This document shows positions 27,135 to 40,400 of a stretch of DNA of 64,000 bases, in pieces. The number at the start of each line of letters is the position of its first letter. Within the stretch, counting starts at the first letter, position 1. The position numbers and the translations under genes were made by a program. Source of the DNA: Eledone cirrhosa (taxonomy: Eukaryota); contig OZ024742.1 in NCBI GenBank assembly GCA_964016885.1, forward strand, positions 165,168,001-165,232,000, in the 5' to 3' direction. Under the pieces are notes generated by a model. The model was not told where the DNA came from and did not search any database. It worked only from the letters and a program-made list of their open reading frames with translations.

Positions 27135-29078
27135 GGCTGGAAATTATCTCCCCTTGGAGGCTGGAATTTATCTCCCCTTGGACGGCTAGAAATTACCTCT
27201 CCTTGGATGGCTGGAAAATATGTCTCCTTGGACGGCTGGATATTATCTACCCTTGGACGGCTGGAAATTATCTCCCCTTGGACGGCTGGAAATTATCTCC
27301 CCTTGGACGGCTAGATATTACCTCCCATTGGACGGCTGGAAATTATCTCCCCTTGATTTTTTTTACAAATTATCTCCCCCTGATTTTTTTTTACGAATTA
27401 TCTCCCCCTGATTTTTTTTTACAAATTATCTCCGCCTGATTTTTTTTTTTAAATTATCTCCCCTTGAACGGCTGGAAATTATCTCCCCTTGGACGGCTGG
27501 AAATTATCTCCCCTTGGACGGCTAGATATTACCTCTCCTTGGACGGCTGAAAATTATCTCCCCTTGGACGGCTGCAAATTATCTCCCCTTGATTTTTTTA
27601 ACAAATTATCTCCCCCTGATTTTTTTTTACAAATTATCTCCCCCTGATTTTTTTTTACAAATTATCTACGCCTAATTTTTTTTACAAATTATCTCCCCCT
27701 GATTTTTTTTTACAAATTATCTCCCCCTGATTTTTTTTACAAATTATCTCCCCCTGATTTTTTTTACAAATTATCTCCCCCTGATTTTTTTACAAATTAT
27801 CTCCCCCCTGATTTTTTTTACAATCTCCGCCTGATTTTTTTAAAAATTATCTTCCCTTGGCTGGCGGGAAATTATCTCCCCTTGGACGGCTGGAAATTAT
27901 ATCCCCTTGGAAGGATGGAAATTATCTCCCCTTGGACGGCTGGAAATTATCTCCCCTTGGACGGCTGGAAATTACCTCCCCTTGGACAGCTGGAAATTAT
28001 CTGCCCTTGATTTTGTTTTTACAAATTATCTCCCCCTGATTTTTTTTACAAATTATCTCCACCTGATTTTTTAAAAAATTATCTCCCCTTGGACGGCTGG
28101 AAATTATCTCCCCTTGGAGGCTGGAATTTATCTCCCCTTGGACGGCTAGAAATTACCTCTCCTTGGATGGCTGGAAAATATGTCTCCTTGGACGGCTGGA
28201 TATTATCTACCCTTGGACGGCTGGAAATTATCTCCCCTTGGACGGCTGGAAATTATCTCCCCTTGGACGGCTAGATATTACCTCCCATTGGACGGCTGGA
28301 AATTATCTCCCCTTGATTTTTTTTACAAATTATCTCCCCCTGATTTTTTTTTACGAATTATCTCCCCCTGATTTTTTTTTACAAATTATCTCCGCCTGAT
28401 TTTTTTTTTTAAATTATCTCCCCTTGAACGGCTGGAAATTATCTCCCCTTGGACGGCTGGAAATTATCTCCCCTTGGACGGCTAGATATTACCTCTCCTT
28501 GGACGGCTGAAAATTATCTCCCCTTGGACGGCTGCAAATTATCTCCCCTTGATTTTTTTAACAAATTATCTCCCCCTGATTTTTTTTTACAAATTATCTC
28601 CCCCTGATTTTTTTTTACAAATTATCTACGCCTAATTTTTTTTACAAATTATCTCCCCCTGATTTTTTTTTACAAATTATCTCCCCCTGATTTTTTTTAC
28701 AAATTATCTCCCCCTGATTTTTTTTACAAATTATCTCCCCCTGATTTTTTTACAAATTATCTCCCCCCTGATTTTTTTTACAATCTCCGCCTGATTTTTT
28801 TAAAAATTATCTTCCCTTGGCTGGCGGGAAATTATCTCCCCTTGGACGGCTGGAAATTATATCCCCTTGGAAGGATGGAAATTATCTCCCCTTGGACGGC
28901 TGGAAATTATCTCCCCTTGGACGGCTGGAAATTACCTCCCCTTGGACAGCTGGAAATTATCTGCCCTTGATTTTGTTTTTACAAATTATCTCCCCCTGAT
29001 TTTTTTTACAAATTATCTCCACCTGATTTTTTAAAAAATTATCTCCCCTTGGACGGCTGGAAATTATCTCCCCTTGGA
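27135..29078 (+). repeat. 960-bp tandem duplication, apparently perfect
   Basis: Printed lines 27181-28080 are the same as lines 28141-29040, including T-tract lengths. ORF landmarks 27203/28163 and 27857/28817 are both offset by 960. Confidence 0.93.
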
Positions 29079-31412
29079 CGGCTGGAAATTATCTCCCCTT
29101 GATTTTTTTTACAAATTATCTCCCCCTGATTTTTTTTTACAAATTATCTCCCCCTGATTTTTTTTACAAATTATCTCCCCCTGATTTTTTTTTACAAATT
29201 ATTTCCCCCTGATTTTTTTACAAATTATCTCCCCCCTGATTTTTTTTACAATCTCCGCCTGATTTTTTTAAAAATTATCTTCCCTTGGCTGGCGGGAAAT
29301 TATCTCCCCTTGGACGGCTGGAAATTATATCCCCTTGGAAGGATGGAAATTATCTCCCCTTGGACGGCTGGAAATTATCTCCCCTTGGACGGCTGGAAAT
29401 TATCTCCCCTTGGACAGCTGGAAATTATCTGCCCTTGATTTTGTTTTTACAAATTATCTCCCCCTGATTTTTTTTACAAATTATCTCCACCTGATTTTTT
29501 AAAAAATTATCTCCCCTTGGACGGCTGGAAATTATCTCCCCTTGATTTTTTTTACAAATTATCTCCCCCTGATTTTTTTTTACAAATTATCTCCCCCTGA
29601 TTTTTTTTTACAAATTATCTCCCCCTGATTTTTTTTTACAAATTATCTCACCCTGATTTTTTTTACAAATTATCTCTCCCTGATTTTTTTACAAATTATC
29701 TCCCCTTGGCTGGCTGGAAATTATCTCCCCTTGGAGGCTGGAATTTATCTCCCCTTGGACGGCTAGAAATTACCTCTCCTTGGACGGCTGGAAAATATGT
29801 CTCCTTGGACGGCTGGATATTATCTACCCTTGGACGGCTGGAAATTATCTCCCCTTGGACGGCTGGAAATTATCTCCTCTTGGACGGCTAGATATTACCT
29901 CCCCTTGGACGGCTGGAAATTATCTCCCCTTGATTTTTTTACAAATTATCTCCCCCTGATTTTTTTACAAATTATCTCCCCCTGATTTTTTTTACAAATT
30001 ATCTCCGCCTAATTTTTTTAAATATTATCTTCCCTTGGCTGGCGGGAAATTATCTCCCCTTGGACGGCTGAAAATTATCTCCCCTTGGACGGCTGGAAAT
30101 TATCTCCCCTTGATTTTTTTTACAAATTATCTCCCCCTGATTTTTTTTTACAAATTATCTCCCCCTGATTTTTTTTACAAATTATCTCCCCCTGATTTTT
30201 TTACAAATTATCTCCCCTTGGCTGGCTGGAAATTATCTCCCCTTGGAGGCTGGAATTTATCTCCCCTTGGACGGCTAGAAATTACCTCTCCTTGGAAGGC
30301 TGGAAAATATGTCCTTGGACGGCTGGATATTATCTACCCTTGGACGGCTGGAAATTATCTCCCCTTGGACGGCTGGAAATTATCTCCCCTTGGACGGCTA
30401 GATATTACCTCCCCTTGGACGGCTGAAAATTATCTCCCCTTGGACGGCTGGAAATTATCTCCCCTTGATTTTTTTTACAAATTATCTCCCCCTGATTATT
30501 TTTTACAAATTATCCCCTGATTTTTTTTTTACAAATTATCTCCCCCTGATTTTTTTTACAAATTATCTCCCCCTGATTTTTTTACAAATTATCTCCCCTT
30601 GGCTGGCTGGAAATTATCTCCCATTGGAGGCTGGAATTTATCTCCCCTTGGACGGTTAGAAATTACCTCCCCTTGGACGGCTGGAAAATATGTCTCCTTG
30701 GACGGCTGGAAATTATCGCCCCTTGGACGGCTGGAAATTATCTCCCCTTGGACGGCTGGAAATTATCTCTCATCGGACGGCTAGAAATTACCTCTCCTTG
30801 GACAGCTGAAAATTATCTCCCCTTGGACGGCTGGAAATTATCTCCCCTTGATTTTTTTTACAAATTATCTCCCCCTGATTTTTTTTTACAAATTATCTCC
30901 CCCTGATTTTTTTTTACAAATTATCTCCCCCTGATTTTTTTTTACAAATTATCTCCCCCTGAAATTTTTTACAAATTATCTCCCCCTGATTTTTTTACAA
31001 ATTATCTCCCCTTGGCTGGCTGGAAATTATCTCCCCTTGGAGGCTGGAATTTATCTCCCCTTGGACGGCTAGAAATTACCTCGCCTTGGACGGCTGGAAA
31101 ATATGTCTCCTTGGACGGCTGGAAATTATCTCCCCTTGGACGGCTGGAAATTATCTCCCCTTGGACAGCTGGAAATTATCTCCCCTTGGACGGCTAGATA
31201 TTACCTCCCCTTGGACGGCTGGAAATTATCTCCCCTTGATTTTTTTTACAAATTATCTCCCCCTGATTTTTTTTTACAAATTATCTCCCCCTGATTTTTT
31301 TTTACGAATTATCTCCCCCCGATTTTTTTTTACAAATTATCTCCCCCTGATTTTTTTTTACAAATTATCTACGCCTAATTTTTTTTACAAATTATCTCCC
31401 CCTGATTTTTTT

Positions 31413-34400
31413 TACAAATTATCTCCCCCTGATTTTTTTTACAAATTATCTCCCCCTGATTTTTTTTTACAAATTATTTCCCCCTGATTTTTTTACAAAT
31501 TATCTCCCCCCTGATTTTTTTAAAAATTATCTTCCCTTGGCTGGCGGGAAATTATCTCCCCTTGGACGGCTGGAAATTATATCCCCTTGGAGGCTGGAAT
31601 TTATCTCCCCTTGGACGGCTAGAAATTACCTCGCCTTGGACGGCTGGAAAATATGTCTCCTTGGACGGCTGGAAATTATCTCCCCTTGGACGGCTGGAAA
31701 TTATCTCCCCTTGGACGGCTGGAAATTATCTCCCCTTGGACGGCTAGATATTACCTCCCCTTGGACGGCTGGAAATTATCTCCCCTTGATTTTTTTTACA
31801 AATTATCTCCCCCTGATTTTTTTTTACAAATTATCTCCCCCTGATTTTTTTTTTACGAATTATCTCCCCCTGATTTTTTTTTACAAATTATCTCCCCTTG
31901 AACGGCTGGAAATTATCTCCCCTTGGACGGCTGGAAATTATCTCCCCTTGAAAGGCTAGAAATTACCTCTCCTTGGACGGCTGAAAATTATCTCCCCTTG
32001 GACGGCTGCAAATTATCTCCCCTTGATTTTTTAACAAATTACCTCGCCTTTGGACGGCTGGAAAATATGTCTCCTTGGACGGCTGGAAATTATCTCCCCT
32101 TGGACGGCTGGAAATTATCTCCCCTTGGACGGCTGGAAATTATCTCCCATTGGACGGCTAGATATTACCTCCCCTTGGACGGCTGCAAATTATCTCCCCT
32201 TGATTTTTTTAACAAATTATCTCCCCCTGATTTTTTTTTACAAATTATCTCCCCCTGATTTTTTTTTACAAATTATCTACGCCTAATTTTTTTTACAAAT
32301 TATCTCCCCCTGATTTTTTTTTACAAATTATCTCCCCCTGATTTTTTTTACAAATTATCTCCCCCTGATTTTTTTTTACAAATTATCTCCCCCTGATTTT
32401 TTTACAAATTATCTCCCCCCTGATTTTTTTTACAATCTCCGCCTGATTTTTTTAAAAATTATCTTCCCTTGGCTGGCGGGAAATTATCTCCCCTTGGACG
32501 GCTGGAAATTATATCCCCTTGGAAGGATGGAAATTATCTCCCCTTGGACGGCTGGAAATTATCTCCCCTTGGACGGCTGGAAATTATCTCCCCTTGGACA
32601 GCTGGAAATTATCTGCCCTTGATTTTGTTTTTACAAATTATCTCCCCCTGATTTTTTTTACAAATTATCTCCACCTGATTTTTTAAAAAATTATCTCCCC
32701 TTGGACGGCTGGAAATTATCTCCCCTTGATTTTTTTACAAATTATCTCCCCTTGGAGGCTGGAATTTATCTCCCCTTGGACGGCTGGAAATTATCTCCCC
32801 TTGATTTTTTTTACAAATTATCTACCCCTGATTTTTTTTACAAATTATCTCCCCCTGATTTTTTTTACAAATTATCTCCCCCTGATTTTTTTACAAATTA
32901 TCTCCCCCTGATTTTTTTACAAATTATCTCCCCCTGATTTTTTTTTACAAATTATCTACGCCTAATTTTTTTTACAAATTATCTCCCCCTGATTTTTTTT
33001 TACAAATTATCTCCCCCTGATTTTTTTTTACAAATTATCTCCCCCTGATTTTTTTTTACAAATTATCTCCCCCTGATTTTTTTACAAATTATCTCCCCCC
33101 TGATTTTTATTACAATCTCCGCCTGATTTTTTAAAAAATTATCTTCCCTTGGCTGGCGGGAAATTATCTTCCCTTGGACGGCTGGAAATTATATCCCCTT
33201 GGAAGGATGGAAATTATCTCCCCTTGGACGGCTGGAAATTATCTCCCCTTGGACGGCTGGAAATTATCTCCCCTTGGACAGCTGGAAATTATCTGCCCTT
33301 GATTTTGTTTTTACAAATTATCTCCCCCTGATTTTTTTTACAAATTATCTCCACCTGATTTTTTAAAAAATTATCTCCCCTTGGACGGCTGGAAATTATC
33401 TCCCCTTGGCTGGAAATTATCTCCCCTTGGACGGCTAGAAATTATCTCTCTTTGGACGGCTGGAAATTATCTGCCTTTGATTTTTTTTACAAATTATCTC
33501 CCCCTGATTTTTTTTTACAAATTATCTCACCCTGATTTTTTTTACAAATTATCTCCCTCTGATTTTTTTACAAATTATCTCCCCTTGGCTGGCTGGAAAT
33601 TATCTCCCCTTGGAGGCTGGAATTTATCTCCCCTTGGACGGCTAGAAATTACCTCTCCTTGGACGGCTGGAAAATATGTCTCCTTGGACGGCTGGATATT
33701 ATCTACCCTTGGACGGCTGGAAATTATCTCCCCTTGGACGGCTGGAAATTATCTCCCCTTGGACGGCTAGATATTACCTCCCCTTGGACGGCTGGAAATT
33801 ATCTCCCCTTGATTTTTTTACAAATTATCTCCCCCTGATTTTTTTACAAATTATCTCCCCCTGATTTTTTTTACAAATTATCTCCGCCTAATTTTTTTAA
33901 ATATTATCTTCCCTTGGCTGGCGGGAAATTATCTCCCCTTGGACGGCTGAAAATTATCTCCCCTTGGACGGCTGGAAATTATCTCCCCTTTATTTTTTTT
34001 ACAAATTATCTCCCCCTGATTTTTTTTTACAAATTATCTCCCCCTGATTTTTTTTACAAATTATCTCCCCCTGATTTTTTTACAAATTATCTCCCCTTGG
34101 CTGGCTGGAAATTATCTCCCCTTGGAGGCTGGAATTTATCTCCCCTTGGACGGCTAGAAATTACCTCTCTTTGGACGGCTGGAAAATATGTCCTTGGACG
34201 GCAGGATATTATCTACCCTTGGACGGCTGGAAATTATCTCCCCTTGGACGGCTGGAAATTATCTCCCCTTGGACGGCTAGATATTACCTCCCCTTGGACG
34301 GCTGGAAATTATCTCCCCTTGATTTTTTTTACAAATTATCTCCCCCTGATTTTTTTTTACAAATTATCTCCCCCTGATTTTTTTTTACAAATTATCTACC

Positions 34401-37400
34401 CCTGATTTTTTTTTACAAATTATCTCCCCCTGATTTTTTTTACAAATTATCTCCCCCTGATTTTTTTTTACAAATTATCTCCCCCTGATTTTTTTTTACA
34501 AATTATCTACCCCTGATTTTTTTTACAAATTATCTCCCCCTGATTTTTTTTACAAATTATCTCCCCCTGATTTTGTTTACAAATTATCTCCCCCTGATTT
34601 TTTTACAAATTATCTCCACCTGATTTTTTTTACAAATTATCTCCGCCTAATTTTTTAAATATTATCTTCCCTTGGCTGGCGGGAAATTATCTCCCCTTGG
34701 ACGGCTGAAAATTATCTCTCCTTGGACGGCTGGAAATTATCTCCCCTTGATTTTTTTTACAAATTATCTCCCCCTGATTATTTTTTACAAATTATCTCCC
34801 CCTGATTTTTTTTTACAAATTATCTCCCCCTGATTTTTTTTACAAATTATCTCCCCTTGGCTGGCTGGAAATTATCTCCCCTTGGAGGCTGGAATTTATC
34901 TCCCCTTGGACGGTTAGAAATTACCTCTCCTTGGACGGCTGGAAAATATGTCTCCTTGGACGGCTGGAAATTATCGCCCCTTGGACGGCTGGAAATTATC
35001 TCCCCTTGGACGGCTGGAAATTATCTCTCCTCGGACGGCTAGAAATTACCTCTCCTTGGACAGCTGAAAATTATCTCCCCTTGGACGGCTGGAAATTATC
35101 TCCCCTTGATTTTTTTTACAAATTATCTCCCCCTGATTTTTTTTTACAAATTATCTCCCCCTGATTTTTTTTTACAAATTATCTCCCCCTGATTTTTTTT
35201 TACAAATTATCTCCCCCTGATATTTTTTACAAATTATCTCCCCCTGATTTTTTTACAAATTATCTCCCCTTGGCTGGCTGGAAATTATCTCCCCTTGGAG
35301 GCTGGAATTTATCTCCCCTTAGACGGCTAGAAATTACCTCGCCTTGGACGGCTGGAAAATATGTCTCCTTGGACGGCTGGAAATTATCTCCCCTTGGACG
35401 GCTGGAAATTATCTCCCCTTGGACGGCTGGAAATTATCTCCCCTTGGACGGCTAGATATTACCTCCCCTTGGACGGCTGGAAATTATCTCCCCTTGATTT
35501 TTTTTACAAATTATCTCCCCCTGATTTTTTTTTACAAATTATCTCCCCCTGATTTTTTTTTACGAATTATCTCCCCCCGATTTTTTTTTACAAATTATCT
35601 CCGCCTGATTTTTTTTTAAAAATTATCTCCCCTTGAACGGCTGGAAATTATCTCCCCTTGGACGGCTGGAAATTATCTCCCCTTGGACGGCTAGAAATTA
35701 CCTCTCCTTGGACGGCTGAAAATTATCTCCCCTTGGACGGCTGCAAATTATCTCCCCTTGATTTTTTAAGAAATTATCTCCCCCTGATTTTTTTTTACAA
35801 ATTATCTCCCCCTGATTTTTTTTTACAAATTATCTCCCCCTGATTTTTTTACAAATTATCTCCCCCTGATTTTTTTTACAATCTCCGCCTGATTTTTTTA
35901 AAAATTATCTTCCCTTGGCTGGCGGGAAATTATCTCCCCTTGGACGGCTGGAAATTATATCCCCTTGGAAGGATGGAAATTATCTCCCCTTGGACGGCTG
36001 GAAATTATCTCCCCTTGGACGGCTGGAAATTATCTCCCCTTGGACAGCTGGAAATTATCTGCCCTTGATTTTGTTTTTACAAATTATCTCCCCCTGATTT
36101 TTTTTACAAATTATCTCCACCTGATTTTTTAAAAAATTATCTCCCCTTGGACGGCTGGAAATTATCTCCCCTTGATTTTTTTACAAATTATCTCCCCCTG
36201 ATTTTTTTTACAAATTATCTCCCCCTGATTTTTTGTTACAAATTATCTCCCCCTGATTTTTTTAAAAATTATCTCCCCCTGATTTTTTTTACAAATTATC
36301 TCCGCCTGATTTTTTTAAATATTATCTTCCCTTGGCTGGCGGGAAATTATCTCCCCTTGGACGGCTGAAAATTATCTCCCCTTGGACGGCTGGAAATTAT
36401 CTCCCCTTGATTTTTTTACAAATTATCTCCCCCTGATTTTTTTTTACAAATTATCTCCCCCTGATTTTTTTTACAAATTATCTCCCCCTGATTTTTTTTT
36501 ACAAATTATCTCCCCCTGATTTTTTTTTACAAATTATCTCCCCCTGATTTTTTTACAAATTATCTCCCCTTGGCTAGCTGGAAATTATCTCCCCTTGGAG
36601 GCTGGAATTTATCTCCCCTTGGACGGCTAGAAATTACCTCTCCTTGGACGGCTGGAAAATATGTCTCCTTGGACGGCTGGATATTATCTACCCTTGGACG
36701 GCTGGAAATTATCTCCCCTTGGACGGCTGGAAATTATCTCCCCTTGGACGGCTAGATATTACCTCCCCTTGGACGGCTGGAAATTATCTCCCCTTGATTT
36801 TTTTTACAAATTATCTCCCCCTGATTTTTTTTTACGAATTATCTCCCCCTGATTTTTTTTTACAAATTATCTCCGCCTGATTTTTTTTTTAAATTATCTC
36901 CCCTTGAACGGCTGGAAATTATCTCCCCTTGGACGGCTGGAAATTATCTCCCCTTGGACGGCTAGAAATTACCTCTCCTTGGACGGCTGAAAATTATCTC
37001 CCCTTGGACGGCTGCAAATTATCTCCCCTTGATTTTTTTAACAAATTATCTCCCCCTGATTTTTTTTTACAAATTATCTCCCCCTGATTTTTTTTTACAA
37101 ATTATCTACGCCTAATTTTTTTTACAAATTATCTCCCCCTGATTTTTTTTTACAAATTATCTCCCCCTGATTTTTTTGACAAATTATCTCCCCCTGATTT
37201 TTTTTTACAAATTATCTCCCCCTGATTTTTTTACAAATTATCTCCCCCCTGAATTTTTTTACAATCTCCGCCTGATTTTTTTAAAAATTATCTTCCCTTG
37301 GCTGGCAGGAAATTATCTCCCCTTGGTCGGCTGGAAATTATATCCCCTTGGAAGGATGGAAATTATCTCCCCTTGGACGGCTGGAAATTATCTCCCCTTG

Positions 37401-40400
37401 GACGGCTGGAAATTACCTCCCCTTGGACAGCTGGAAATTATCTGCCCTTGATTTTGTTTTTACAAATTATCTCCCCCTGATTTTTTTTACAAATTATCTC
37501 CACCTGATTTTTTAAAAAATTATCTCCCCTTGATTTTTTTACAAATTATCTCCCCCTGATTTTTTTTACAAATTATCTCCCCCTGATTTTTTTTTTACAA
37601 ATTATCTCCCCCTGATTTTTTTACAAATTATCTCCCCCTGATTTTTTTTACAAATTATCTCCGCCTGATTTTTTTTACAAATTATCTCCCCTTGGCTGGC
37701 TGGAAATTATCTCCCCTTGGAGGCTGGAATTTATCTCCCCTTGGACGGCTAGAAATTACCTCTCCTTGGACGGCTGGAAAATATGTCCTTGGACGGCTGG
37801 ATATTATCTACCCTTGGACGGCTGGAAATTATCTCCCCTTGGACGGCTGGAAATTATCTCCCCTTGGAGGCTGGAATTTATCTCCCCTTGGACGGCTAGA
37901 AATTACCTCTCCTTGGACGGCTGGAAAATATGTCCTTGGACGGCTGGATATTACCTCCCCTTGGACGGCTGGAAATTATCTCCCCTTGATTTTTTTTACA
38001 AATTATCTCCCCCTGATTTTTTTTACAAATCTAATGATTTTAAAAAAAAAATTATCTCCCCTCCGCTGGCTGGAAATTATCTCCCCTTCGCTGGCTGGAA
38101 ATTATCTCCCCTTGGACGCTGGAAATTATAGCCCCTTGGAGGGCTGGAAATTATCTTCCCTTGGACGGCTGGAAATTATCTCCCCTTGGCTCGAAATTAT
38201 CTCCCCTTGGACGGCTAGAAATTATCTCTCTTTGGACGGCTGGAAATTATCTCCCTTTGATTTTTTTTACAAATTATCTCCCCCTGATTTTTTTTACAAA
38301 TCTCCCCCTGATTTTTTAAAAAAAATTATCTCCCCTTCGCTGGCTGGAAATTATCTCCCCTTGGACACTGGAAATTATAGCCCCTTGGAGGGCTGGAAAT
38401 TATCTTCCCTTGGACGGCTGGAAATTATCTCTGCTTGATTTTTTTTACAAATTATCTCCCCCTGATTTTTTTTTACAAATTATCCCCCCCGATTTTTTTT
38501 ACAAATTATCTCCCCCTGATTTTTTTTACAAATTATCTCCCCTTGGACGGCTGGAAATTATCTCCCCTTGGACGGCTGGAAATTATCTCCCCTTGGACGG
38601 CTAGAAATTACCTCTCCTTGGACGACTGAAAATTATCTCCCCTTGGACGGCTGCAAATTATCTCCCCTTGATTTTTTTTACAAATTATCTCCGCCTGATT
38701 TTTTTTTTAAAATTATCTCCCCTTGGACGGCTGGAAATTACCTCCCCTTGGACGGCTGGAAATTATCTCCCCTTGGACGGCTAGAAATTACCTCTCATTG
38801 GACGGCTGAAAATTATCTCCCCTTGGACGGCTGGAAATTATCTCCCCTTGATTTTTTTTACAAATTATCTCCCCCTGATTTTTTTTTACAAATTATCTCC
38901 CCCTGATTTTTTTTTTACAAATTATCTCCGCCTGATTTTTTTTTTAAATTATCTCTCCTTGGACGGCTGGATATTATCTCCCCTTTCATTTTTTTTACAA
39001 ATTATCTCCCCCTGATTTTTTTTTACAAATTATCTCCCCCTGATTTTTTTTTTACAAATTATCTACCCCTAATTTTTTTTTACAAATTATCTCCCCCTGA
39101 TTTTTTTTACAAATTATCTCCCCCTGATTTTTTTTTTACAAATTATCTCCCCCTGATTTTTTTACAAATTATCTCCCCCTGATTTTTTTTACAAATTATC
39201 TCCGCCTGATTTTTTTAAATATTATCTTCTCTTGGCTGGCGGGAAATTATCTCCCCTTGGACGGCTGAAAATTATCTCCCCTTGGACGGCTGGAAATTAT
39301 CTCCCCTTGATTTTTTTTACAAATTATCTCCCCCTGATTTTTTTTTACAAATTATCTCCCCCTGATTTTTTTTACAAATTATCTCCCCCTGATTTTTTTT
39401 TACAAATTATCTCCCCCTGATTTTTTTTACAAATTATCTCCCCCTGATTTTTTTACAAATTATCTCCCCTTGGCTGGCTGGAAATTATCTCCCCTTGGAG
39501 GCTGGAATTTATCTCCCCTTGGACGGCTAGAAATTACCTCTCCTTGGACGGCTGGAAAATATGTCCTTGGACGGCTGGATATTATCTACCCTTGGACGGC
39601 TGGAAATTATCTCCCCTTGGACGGCTGGAAATTATCTCCCCTTGGACGGCTAGATATTACCTCCCCTTGGACGGCTGGAAATTATCTCCCCTTGATTTTT
39701 TTTACAAATTATCCCCCCCTGATTTTTTTTTACAAATTATCTCCCCCTGATTTTTTTTTACAAATTATCTACCCCTGATTTTTTTTTACAAATTATCTCC
39801 CCCTAATTTTTTTTACAAATTATCTCTCCCTGATTTTTTTTTACAAATTATCTCCCCCTGATTTTTTTTTACAAATTATCTACCCCTGATTTTTTTTTAC
39901 AAATTATCTCCCCCTGATTTTTTTTACAAATTATCTCCCCCTGATTTTTTTTACAAATTATCTCCCCCTGATTTTTTTACAAATTATCTCCCCCCGATTT
40001 TTTTTACAAATTATCTCCGCCTAATTTTTTTAAATATTATCTTCCCTTGGCTGGCGGGAAATTATCTCCCCTTGGACGGCTGAAAATTATCTCCCCTTGG
40101 ACGGCTGGAAATTATCTCCCCTTGATTTTTTTACAAATTATCTCCCCCTGATTATTTTTTACAAATTATCTCCCCCTGATTTTTTTTTACAAATTATCTC
40201 CCTCTGATTTTTTTTACAAATTATCTCCCCTTGGCTGGCTGGAAATTATCTCCCCTTGGAGGCTGGAATTTATCTCCACTTGGACGGTTAGAAATTACCT
40301 CTCCTTGGACTGCTGGAAAATATGTCTCCTTGGACGGCTGGAAATTATCTCCCCTTGGACGGCTGGAAATTATCTCCCCTTGGACGGCTGGAAATTATCT

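Larger units (their letters stand above)
1..28118 (+). repeat. Copy 1 of a ~29-32-kb higher-order (segmental) repeat
   Basis: Collinear with 31413-57060. Matching ORF-track landmarks: 125/31537, 2489/33149, 7031/37692, 11875/42482, 12907/43487, 14477/45414, 19071/50131, 22358/51329 and 27857/56799. Confidence 0.9.
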
